Positions 38,351-46,652 of a DNA stretch of 64,000 nucleotides are shown here, piece after piece; the stretch's first letter is position 1, and each line of letters starts with the position of its first letter. The position numbers and the translations under genes are program-made. The stretch comes from an uncultured Odoribacter sp. (lineage in GTDB: Bacteria; Bacteroidota; Bacteroidia; Bacteroidales; Marinifilaceae), in NCBI GenBank assembly GCA_902461525.1, contig CABPYD010000001.1, positions 246,835-310,834 of the forward strand, given 5' to 3'. Below the pieces are notes generated by a model. It was not told the DNA's origin, made no database searches, and saw only the letters and a list, made by a program, of their open reading frames with translations.

Positions 38351-39049
38351 ATGAAAAGAATACTATTATTAGGGTTGTTTTTGGGTATCGGTGTACAGCT
38401 TTTTGCTCAGGGAATAGATTTTAAACCGGTTCCTTTTTCGGAAGCTTTGAGAATGGCTAAGACACAGCATAAGATGTTGTTCGTGGATTGTTATACTTCC
38501 TGGTGCGGTCCATGTCGGTATATGACAGATAGTATCTTTACCCGGCAAGAAACCGGTGATTATTTTAATAAACGTTTTATTTCTGTGAAGTATGATATAG
38601 AAAAAGACGAGGCAAAGGAATTTAATGCCTTGTATACTGTGGGTTCGTTTCCGACATTTTGGATCTTTTCTCCTCAGGGGGAAGTGATATACCGGATGGG
38701 AGGGGCTTCGCTTACCGTAAAAGAGTGGTTGCACCGGATGGACGTTGCCGTGGAAGAGGGGACAAAATTGGAAAAGCTCCGGCAGAGTTACCGGAAGAAT
38801 AAGAATGAAAAAAATACTCAGGCCTATTTGGAAGCTATGGGAAATATCCAGTTTGGAGAAGGAATCAGTGAATTATTTTTGGAGCAGTTTAGAGAAACTT
38901 CCGATAAGATTGATTTTCTGTACCAGCACAAGAATTTCCTGACCAAGCATTTGTCGCCGGTACACTTTGAAAAATTCAGGAAAGCCTTAAAGGAGTGTGA
39001 TGGTTATGTTCCGGAAATGGATGAAATTTTCAAAGGCGTGTTCTTTTAG
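38351..39049 (+). CDS. Thioredoxin-family protein (active-site WCGPC) with C-terminal extension, secreted
   Basis: The signal peptide is MKRILLLGLFLGIGVQLFAQ. The canonical 'YTSWCGPCRYM' active site is present. Confidence 0.7.
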   Translation: MKRILLLGLFLGIGVQLFAQGIDFKPVPFSEALRMAKTQHKMLFVDCYTSWCGPCRYMTDSIFTRQETGDYFNKRFISVKYDIEKDEAKEFNALYTVGSFPTFWIFSPQGEVIYRMGGASLTVKEWLHRMDVAVEEGTKLEKLRQSYRKNKNEKNTQAYLEAMGNIQFGEGISELFLEQFRETSDKIDFLYQHKNFLTKHLSPVHFEKFRKALKECDGYVPEMDEIFKGVFF

Positions 39050-39308
39050 GCTACAATACAATTATTTTGTTTTTGCGTATTTTGATGATTCCGGAGATTG
39101 ATTTCGTAAAATAGTACAGTTGAATCGTAAAATAATCTATGGAAAAGTCAAAAAGAGAGAGATATTTTTAACCCTTCATTGATAGTGGAAAAAGTGCAGG
39201 ACAAGTTTAAAGCAGAGAAGATATACCTTTATTGTTTGCTTTGGATTATTGTATGCAGCTAAGCGAGATCTAAAAAATATATAACAATATTGTATTAATG
39301 AGTCGGGT

Positions 39309-41789
39309 ATGAAAATGTCGTTTGTGCGAAAGTTAAGCATTAACTGTTTGTGCCTGCTGGGGATTAGTTGGGGAAGTCTGCCTTTGAGGTCAGAAGTGAT
39401 TTCCTTGAATCAAAATTGGTTGTTTCAGCGTTTGGAAAGAGGGCAACAAGCAGGGAAAATCCATAATCAGGGTAGTGACTGGAGTTCCCAGTACAATGTA
39501 GAACATACTCGGGTGGCCGGGGTGTTAGCTGTACCAGTAGATACCCTTCGACGGGAATTTACCTGTTTACAACAGGCAAATTGGGAAAAGGTAAATTTGC
39601 CTCATAATCCAAAATTGGAAGAAAAGGTTGTATTACACCAATGGCAGGGGGTATGTTATTATAAACGGGATCTGGTAGCCTTGGCTGATTGGAAAGAAAA
39701 GGAAGTGTGGCTGGAATTTGGCGCGGCCATGCATTTGGCAGATATTTGGGTAAACGGACAACATGTCGGACAACATGCAGGGGGATATTTACCGTTTGTG
39801 GTAGATTTGAAACCCTGGCTGAATTGGGGAAAGGAAAATGAAATCCTGGTGCGGCTGGATAATCGTGACAATGGCTTGATTCCTCCGGGGAAACCCTTGA
39901 ATACCCTGGATTTTTGCTATTATGGCGGACTTTACCGGGGAGTGAACTTGATTGTGAAGGGGCAACAACACATTACTCATCCGGTGATGGCCGGACAGGT
40001 GGCCGGAGGGGGGGTATTTGTACGTTATCCTTTAGTCAATCAAAATATGGCCCGGATATCCATTCAGTGTGAGGTGAAAAATACTGCTGTTCATTCTGCT
40101 GAAGTGCAGGTACGGCATACGTTGTATCAACTGGAAGGAATTTTTGGCCGGCGGAAGAAGGGACAAAAAGTGGAAGAAGGAATAGTCCGTCTGGAATTGC
40201 AAACCGGAAAATCTGAGACAACAGGTATTTTTATGGCGGTACATAAACCCCGGTTATGGTCTCCGGATACACCTTCTCTTTATTTGTTGCGTTCCGAAGT
40301 GATTTGTGACGGCAAGGTAACAGACTGTGAAGAGACCCGTATCGGGATACGCCGGATTGAGATGACGCGAGAACACGGATTTGTCATCAATGGTAAGCCT
40401 TTAAGGTTGGTGGGAAGTAACCGTCACATGGAATATCCTTATGTGGGAAATGCTTTACCGGAGAATGCCCAATACCGGGATATTTATCAGATCCGGACCA
40501 ATGGTTTTAATATTGTCCGCTTGGGACATTATCCGCAGGACCCTTCTGTGCTGGAGGCCTGTGATGAGTTGGGATTATTGGTGATAGAACCTATTCCCGG
40601 GTGGCAGTATTTCAACCGGGATTCGGTGTTTATCCGACAGACTTATCAGGATGTTCGCGATTTAATCCGGCGTGACCGGAATCATCCTTCGATTGTAATG
40701 TGGGAAACGACGCTGAATGAATCATGGCCTCCTGCCGGATGGAAAGACGGGGCTATCCGGGTTGCTCACGAGGAATATCCCGGTGATCAGTGTTTTACTT
40801 CGGGTGATGCTTATGGGTATGATGGATTTGATGTGAGCTACAACGATTGGCAGGAAGGTTTTCATCGTCCTAATAAAACGAAAAATCCGGGTTTTATCCG
40901 GGAGTATTATGATTACGAATTTGGCGGACATTATAGCACGACCCGTATCACCCGCGGAGATGGAGAGCGGGCTTTGTTGCAGAATGCCTGGAATGCTCAG
41001 TGGTCGCACAACCGTTACCGTTTGCTTTATCCCGCGACGATGGGGGATGCAGTATGGAGTATGTACGATTACAACCGGGGATGTTGCGATAATATTTGTT
41101 ATAGTGGTGTAGCTGATGTATTTCGCCTGCCTAAATATAGCCTGCATTTTTTTAGAACTCAGGTGGCTCCGGGAACACCCGGGCCGGACGGGTTGAAAAC
41201 ACCTGAATTGTTCATTGCTTCAGCCTGGCAACAACGACCGCAAGGAGCGGATACTCTGGTCGTATTTGGAAATGTGGATGAGGTAGAGTTATTTCTCAAC
41301 GGACAATTATTGAAGCGACAGGGAAAAGATCGGGGAGCTGACACAGAATATGTACGCACCTATGATGGAGGAAATTGCCGGCAACTGAGTTTTCCTCCTT
41401 TTACTTTCACGGGAGTAAATTGGAAGGCTGGAACATTGAAAGCGGTTGGATATATTGGTGGTAAGAAAGTGGCAGAAACGATCGTACGTACTCCGGAACA
41501 ACCCACTCGCTTGGATATCGGTTATTTTGAGAGCGGCCGTCCGGCCGGAAAACGGGATTTATTGATTGTCAACGTCCGGCTGGAGGATAAAAATGGAACT
41601 CTGGTTCCGCTGAACGGGAAGAGAATAGACCTACAAGTTGCCGGAGGGACTGTGGTTGGTCCCGGACATTACGATACAGAAGCCGGAATTGCTTCTTTTT
41701 TGGTGGCTACCGGAGAGATGGGGACATTGAAACTCAACGCTTCCGGAGAAGGCTTGAGAAGTCAGAAGACTGTCCGGTTGAAGGATTGA
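39309..41789 (+). CDS. GH2 family glycoside hydrolase (beta-galactosidase/beta-glucuronidase-type)
   Basis: The sugar-binding domain reads 'IWVNGQHVGQHAGGYLPFVVDL'. The TIM barrel carries 'VGSNRHMEYP' and 'NHPSIVMWETTLNES'. Confidence 0.75.
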   Translation: MKMSFVRKLSINCLCLLGISWGSLPLRSEVISLNQNWLFQRLERGQQAGKIHNQGSDWSSQYNVEHTRVAGVLAVPVDTLRREFTCLQQANWEKVNLPHNPKLEEKVVLHQWQGVCYYKRDLVALADWKEKEVWLEFGAAMHLADIWVNGQHVGQHAGGYLPFVVDLKPWLNWGKENEILVRLDNRDNGLIPPGKPLNTLDFCYYGGLYRGVNLIVKGQQHITHPVMAGQVAGGGVFVRYPLVNQNMARISIQCEVKNTAVHSAEVQVRHTLYQLEGIFGRRKKGQKVEEGIVRLELQTGKSETTGIFMAVHKPRLWSPDTPSLYLLRSEVICDGKVTDCEETRIGIRRIEMTREHGFVINGKPLRLVGSNRHMEYPYVGNALPENAQYRDIYQIRTNGFNIVRLGHYPQDPSVLEACDELGLLVIEPIPGWQYFNRDSVFIRQTYQDVRDLIRRDRNHPSIVMWETTLNESWPPAGWKDGAIRVAHEEYPGDQCFTSGDAYGYDGFDVSYNDWQEGFHRPNKTKNPGFIREYYDYEFGGHYSTTRITRGDGERALLQNAWNAQWSHNRYRLLYPATMGDAVWSMYDYNRGCCDNICYSGVADVFRLPKYSLHFFRTQVAPGTPGPDGLKTPELFIASAWQQRPQGADTLVVFGNVDEVELFLNGQLLKRQGKDRGADTEYVRTYDGGNCRQLSFPPFTFTGVNWKAGTLKAVGYIGGKKVAETIVRTPEQPTRLDIGYFESGRPAGKRDLLIVNVRLEDKNGTLVPLNGKRIDLQVAGGTVVGPGHYDTEAGIASFLVATGEMGTLKLNASGEGLRSQKTVRLKD

Positions 41790-41839
41790 TAATAATGTCA
41801 ATGGAATATTAGCTTTTAAACAATAGTAATTTCTATGTT

Positions 41840-44146
41840 ATGAAGAAATGGTGTTATTTCATGTTAGGGATTGCGCTGACCTTCGTGGCTTGTAAGCCTT
41901 CGGGACGACAATTTGAAGTCCGTGACGGTAAGTTTATGCTGGACGGTAAGTCAGTGCAATTGATTTGTGGGGAAATGCATTATCCCCGGATTCCCAAAGA
42001 GTATTGGCGTGACCGTTTGAAAAGAGCCAAAGCCATGGGGTTGAATACGGTATCAGCTTATGTATTCTGGAATTTTCATGAACGTCAGCCGGGTGTTTTT
42101 GATTTTGAAGGACAGGCTGATATTGCGGAGTTTGTGAAGACAGCCCAGGAGGAAGGCTTGTGGGTGTTGTTGCGTCCGGGACCTTATGTGTGTGCAGAAT
42201 GGGATTTTGGAGGATATCCGTATTGGTTGCAAAAAGATACCGGCATGGTATGGCGGAGTGATAACCCTGCATTTTTGGCAGCCTGTGAACGTTATATTCA
42301 TCGTTTGGGGCAGGAATTGGCGCCCTTGACAGTGACGAATGGAGGAAATATCCTGATGGTACAGGTGGAAAACGAATACGGTTCTTATGGGGCAGATAAA
42401 GTGTATCTGGGAAAATTGCGGGATATGATCCGGGAAGCCGGGTTTGATGTTCCTTTGATTACTTGTGACGGAACCGGACAGATGGCTGCCGGACAGGTGG
42501 AAGGGACTCTGCCAACAGTGAATGGAGCGGTTAAAGAAGATATTTTTAAGACAATAGATCAATTCCAGCCGGGAGGACCATATTTTGTGGCAGAATTTTA
42601 TCCTGCCTGGTTTGACGTATGGGGAACACGGCATTCCTACCGGGATTACAAGCGCCCGGCGGAACAGCTTGATTGGATGCTTGGACACCATGTCTCGGTG
42701 AGTATTTATATGTTCCACGGCGGAACAAATTTCTGGTATACCAATGGGGCCAATACGGCTTATGGATATGCCCCCCAGCCTACCAGCTATGATTATGATG
42801 CACCTTTGGGGGAATATGGAAATATTACTCCCAAGTATAAGGCTTTCCGGGAGGTGATTCAAAAACATCTGCCGGAAGGTGAGAGTTTACCTGATATTCC
42901 GGCTGAAAATCCGGTGATTGCTTTTCCTGAAGTGCAATTGACACAATCGGCTCCTCTCTCGGTCGTGTTCGGCAAACGGGTGAAATCTGAAACGCCATTG
43001 ACGATGGAAGATATGGGACAGGATTTTGGTTATATCCATTATGAGACAACCCTGAATGAGCCGATGAAAGGGAACCTGGTGATTCAGGAGTTGCGTGATT
43101 ATGCCGTAGTGATGCTGAATGGTAAACAAATCGGTAGTTTGGATCGTCGTCACCGACAGAATAAACTGCCTGTGGATATACAACAGGTGCCGGCAAAACT
43201 TGAGATTTTGGTGGAAAATGTAGGACGTGTGAATTATGGAGGGGATATATTGAATAATCTGAAGGGTATTACTAAAAAGGTGACTTTGAATGGAAAAGAA
43301 TTGAAAGATTGGACGATCACTTCTTTGCCTTTGTATAAAGCTGATTTTACCGGAGTGAAATGGCAGGAAAAGGATATCCGGAGACAGCCTGCTTTTTATC
43401 GGACAGAGGTTGAGCTGTCTGAGAATGGGGATTGTTTTCTGGATATGCGGGGATGGGGAAAAGGAGCTGTGTGGGTGAATGGGAAATCGTTGGGTAAGTA
43501 TTGGAATATTGGTCCGCAACAGACGCTTTATATTCCGGCTCCCTGGCTGAAGAAAGGTAAAAATGAGATTATTGTTTTCGAGATGGAAGATACAGGCCGT
43601 CGTGCGGTAGCTGGATTGAATCAGCCCATATTGGATGAAAATGGGGTAGACAAGAATGCCCGGGTTCGTGAAAAAAGGGACTATACGAAACAACCGGTTC
43701 TGGAAAAAGGAGATGTGATTTTTACCGGTAAAATGGAAAAAACGGAAGGATGGCAGGATTATTCTTTTCAACATGCAGCGACTTTACGTCATTTGTGTTT
43801 CGAATCCCTGACTTCTTATGATAATCAGTTTTCCTGTATTACTGAGATTGATCTGATTGGAGAGAATGGACAGCCTGTTGCCAAGGACAATTGGAAAGTG
43901 GTTTATGTAAATACAGAGCAGGATGGGGAAGGTTATGCTGACCAGATGATCGATGATGATGTGAATACCTATTGGCATTCACAATGGAAGGAGGCACAAC
44001 CCAGGCATCCGCACCGGGTGATTGTCGATCTGGGAGAAATCCAGACCGTGAAAGGATTCCGTATCCGGCAACGCAATCCGCAATCTGCAGGATGTGTCAA
44101 GGATTTCCGCCTTTACGGACGCCCCCAGTTCTTTTTGTTTAAATAG
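41840..44146 (+). CDS. GH35 beta-galactosidase with C-terminal F5/8-type-C (discoidin) domain, lipoprotein
   Basis: The lipobox is MKKWCYFMLGIALTFVAC. 'GEMHYPRIPKEYWRDRLKRAKAMGLNTVSAYVFWNFHE', 'GPYVCAEWDFGGYPYWL' and 'VQVENEYGSYG' are GH35 hallmarks. The C-terminal 'DDDVNTYWHSQW' is discoidin-like. Confidence 0.8.
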   Translation: MKKWCYFMLGIALTFVACKPSGRQFEVRDGKFMLDGKSVQLICGEMHYPRIPKEYWRDRLKRAKAMGLNTVSAYVFWNFHERQPGVFDFEGQADIAEFVKTAQEEGLWVLLRPGPYVCAEWDFGGYPYWLQKDTGMVWRSDNPAFLAACERYIHRLGQELAPLTVTNGGNILMVQVENEYGSYGADKVYLGKLRDMIREAGFDVPLITCDGTGQMAAGQVEGTLPTVNGAVKEDIFKTIDQFQPGGPYFVAEFYPAWFDVWGTRHSYRDYKRPAEQLDWMLGHHVSVSIYMFHGGTNFWYTNGANTAYGYAPQPTSYDYDAPLGEYGNITPKYKAFREVIQKHLPEGESLPDIPAENPVIAFPEVQLTQSAPLSVVFGKRVKSETPLTMEDMGQDFGYIHYETTLNEPMKGNLVIQELRDYAVVMLNGKQIGSLDRRHRQNKLPVDIQQVPAKLEILVENVGRVNYGGDILNNLKGITKKVTLNGKELKDWTITSLPLYKADFTGVKWQEKDIRRQPAFYRTEVELSENGDCFLDMRGWGKGAVWVNGKSLGKYWNIGPQQTLYIPAPWLKKGKNEIIVFEMEDTGRRAVAGLNQPILDENGVDKNARVREKRDYTKQPVLEKGDVIFTGKMEKTEGWQDYSFQHAATLRHLCFESLTSYDNQFSCITEIDLIGENGQPVAKDNWKVVYVNTEQDGEGYADQMIDDDVNTYWHSQWKEAQPRHPHRVIVDLGEIQTVKGFRIRQRNPQSAGCVKDFRLYGRPQFFLFK

Positions 44147-44171
44147 TTTTTGCTTTATAAGCAACTTTGGG

Positions 44172-44197
44172 CCGGATTTGAAGTTTTGCAAATCCGG
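44172..44197 (+). terminator. Terminator hairpin after GH35 (nested inside an outer inverted repeat ataagcaa/ttgcttat at 44157..44209)
   Basis: The hairpin ccggattt-gaagttttgc-aaatccgg is followed by ttctttgctt. Confidence 0.4.
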
Positions 44198-44319
44198 TTC
44201 TTTGCTTATGGGGGAATCCTCCCGGAAAATAATTGAGTATGTTTGTAAAGACTGAGAAAATGAAAGTGATGGAAATGGGTTACCGGAATATGTTGTAATT
44301 TAAAATGAATTGTTGTGTA

Positions 44320-46545
44320 ATGAGTAAAAAATTATTATTGGTAATTGCAGTTGGTTTATTGTCAGGAGTTGTACGGGCACAGGGGTGGTTGCCTGCGGAG
44401 ATGTGTCCTGCTGAACCTGTTCGGCTGTTGGGGTGTTGTTATGAAGGTTCCCGCTTGAAGGAATGTACAGTCTTGACTCCCCAATCTAAAGATTGGCGTG
44501 TGGAAACCGTTTGTGATGGTACAGAAGGAAGAATGCAGTATATTTTTGAAGCCAGAAGGGATATGCATCAAGTAGGGGTAGCGGTTGCTTTTGATGAATA
44601 TGACTGGTGTAGCGACAACTACGTGATGATCCCGGCGGTAGTATACAACGGTAACCGGCAGCGTATTGTCAACCGGGCTTATGCTACGGGACTCGACCGG
44701 TCGGATTATTACCGGCGGGACTTGGCACTGACTTCTAATCCAATTCCTCAGCTTTCCCCTGAATACGGTGCACGTTCGCGCCTGGAAGTGAATATCAGTA
44801 ATACAACTACTCCCGTAATTACTTACCTTAACCGGAAAAGACAGCAGGGTATTTTTTTATTCACTGATCAGGGTATAACCGTGGGGCGGGAAGTGAGGGA
44901 TCACGCGTTAATCGTCGAAGAGTCACCAGACCGTAAAATGGCGAGTTTTGTCATCAGTGCGCCGGGAGTCAGGGAATATAAACCTGAATTTATTGGTTTC
45001 AGTGCTAGTCCCGACCGGGGAATCTCTGTGAAAGCCGGGGATAAAATCGTTATCCGCGTGACAAAAGTTGTATTTACTGCCGATGGAGTACCTTCTTTGC
45101 TCGCCCGTTTTATGACCGAACGCAAACTCCATACAGTTAGTGCCCTGCCACGTAATTTGATGCCAATGAGTGAAATGACCGGACGGATGATCCGCAACAT
45201 TGATGAACGCTATCATCAGGGGGATAAATGGGCTTATTATTGCCCCGAGAATGCCGATTGGATGTCCTATGGCTGGGTCGGGGGATTGATTAATACCTAT
45301 CCGATGCTTGCGTTGGGAGATGCAGAACATTTGCAAAGAGTGAAAAATACCTTTGATTTTGCCTTGATGCGCGGATTCGGGAAAAGCGGTTATTATTACG
45401 ATATATTGGGTGCAGACGGAAATGTACTTTATCGGGATGGGGCAAAATTGAACCCTGGTATCGGATTGACCCGTAAAAATGCCGATGTGCTTTATTGGAT
45501 GGTGAAGCAATTCATGTTGTTGCGGAAGCAGGGTAAGGCTGCGGAGATTCGTCCGGAATGGGAAGAACGGGTCCGTCTGCTTGCGGATGCTTTTGTCAAA
45601 ACATGGAACACTGAAGGAACCTGGGGAAATTATCTCGATATTGAAACCGGACGCATAGCGGCTTATAATACCACTGGCGGCGCTATGGCTGTGGGAGGAT
45701 TGGCCCTGGCGTCGCTTTACTACCACTGTCCTGAATATATGGTTACAGCCCGTGAGGCAGGTATTTTTTATTACAATCATTTTGCATTGGTAGGTTTCAC
45801 TTCCGGAGGGTGTGGGGATATTTTACAAAATGCTGATTCGGAAACAGCAGTGGCTTTATTGACTTCTCTGCTGACACTTTATGAAACTACCGGAGATGAG
45901 ATGTATTTGAAACAGGCAGCCGATCTGGCCCATCTCTGTGCCACCTGGGTTGTATCGTTTCCCTATCGTTTGCCGGAAAATACGCCTCTTGCCCGGCTTG
46001 GAGCCAACCTTACAGGTGCTGTCTGGGCCAGTACACAGAATAAGCATGGCGCACCGGGATTTTGTACCCAATCAGGAGATGCTCTTTTTAAGCTTTACCG
46101 GGTAACGGGAGATACGTTGTATGCAGCCTTATTGCGTGATGTAATCCATGCTCATGCCGAGGGTGTACAACCTAACGGGAAAATTACGGAACGCCTGACC
46201 TATTGCGATGCCGATAGCCGTGGAAGTCGCGGTGACGGAGGAAAAACGGGCTGGAATGAAACGAATGGCGCACTTATGGGACTCGAAATCCCCGGGATTT
46301 ATGTGAGAAAGGATCGGGGAACCTTTTATGTTTTCGATCATTTGGTGGTTAGTTTGCATAAACAAGATAAAAAACAAATGGTATTGAAGATTAAAAATCC
46401 GACGGCTTGGGATGCAGAGGTTACAATTTTGACCGAAAATGAGGAGCGTGCTGCCCGTCCTTTAGGAGATAATGCTTTCCTTGACTGGAAGGTTAAAAAG
46501 CGGGTGAAAGCCGGAAAGACTATTTATTATGTTGTAGATAAATAG
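44320..46545 (+). CDS. Uncharacterised secreted protein (about 740 aa), possibly an (alpha/alpha)6-barrel glycosidase-like fold
   Basis: The ORF opens at 44305. The likely start at 44320 gives MSKKLLLVIAVGLLSGVVRAQ. The C-terminal half is helix-rich ('GGAMAVGGLALASLYYHCPEY', 'AVALLTSLLTLYETTGDEMYLKQAADLAHLCATWV'). No family motif was recognised. Confidence 0.4.
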   Translation: MSKKLLLVIAVGLLSGVVRAQGWLPAEMCPAEPVRLLGCCYEGSRLKECTVLTPQSKDWRVETVCDGTEGRMQYIFEARRDMHQVGVAVAFDEYDWCSDNYVMIPAVVYNGNRQRIVNRAYATGLDRSDYYRRDLALTSNPIPQLSPEYGARSRLEVNISNTTTPVITYLNRKRQQGIFLFTDQGITVGREVRDHALIVEESPDRKMASFVISAPGVREYKPEFIGFSASPDRGISVKAGDKIVIRVTKVVFTADGVPSLLARFMTERKLHTVSALPRNLMPMSEMTGRMIRNIDERYHQGDKWAYYCPENADWMSYGWVGGLINTYPMLALGDAEHLQRVKNTFDFALMRGFGKSGYYYDILGADGNVLYRDGAKLNPGIGLTRKNADVLYWMVKQFMLLRKQGKAAEIRPEWEERVRLLADAFVKTWNTEGTWGNYLDIETGRIAAYNTTGGAMAVGGLALASLYYHCPEYMVTAREAGIFYYNHFALVGFTSGGCGDILQNADSETAVALLTSLLTLYETTGDEMYLKQAADLAHLCATWVVSFPYRLPENTPLARLGANLTGAVWASTQNKHGAPGFCTQSGDALFKLYRVTGDTLYAALLRDVIHAHAEGVQPNGKITERLTYCDADSRGSRGDGGKTGWNETNGALMGLEIPGIYVRKDRGTFYVFDHLVVSLHKQDKKQMVLKIKNPTAWDAEVTILTENEERAARPLGDNAFLDWKVKKRVKAGKTIYYVVDK

Positions 46546-46611
46546 GAAATGACCAGGGTAAAAGTTTTTCAGTTATGAGGTGAAAGAAGAAGTGATGGCT
46601 GGTAATTAGAG

Positions 46612-46643
46612 GTTACTCCGGACGAATATTTGTCCGGAGTAAC
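46612..46643. terminator. Bidirectional rho-independent terminator between convergent genes
   Basis: A perfect 13-bp stem gttactccggacg/cgtccggagtaac with a 6-nt loop is followed by TTTTTT on the + strand. Confidence 0.65.
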
Positions 46644-46652
46644 TTTTTTAAA

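Noticed and set aside
42053-43774. Two long minus-strand ORFs (271 and 295 aa) inside the second GH35 gene
   Set aside because: They are antisense to a well-supported GH35 CDS and have no motifs. Such ORFs are typical in strand-biased coding regions.
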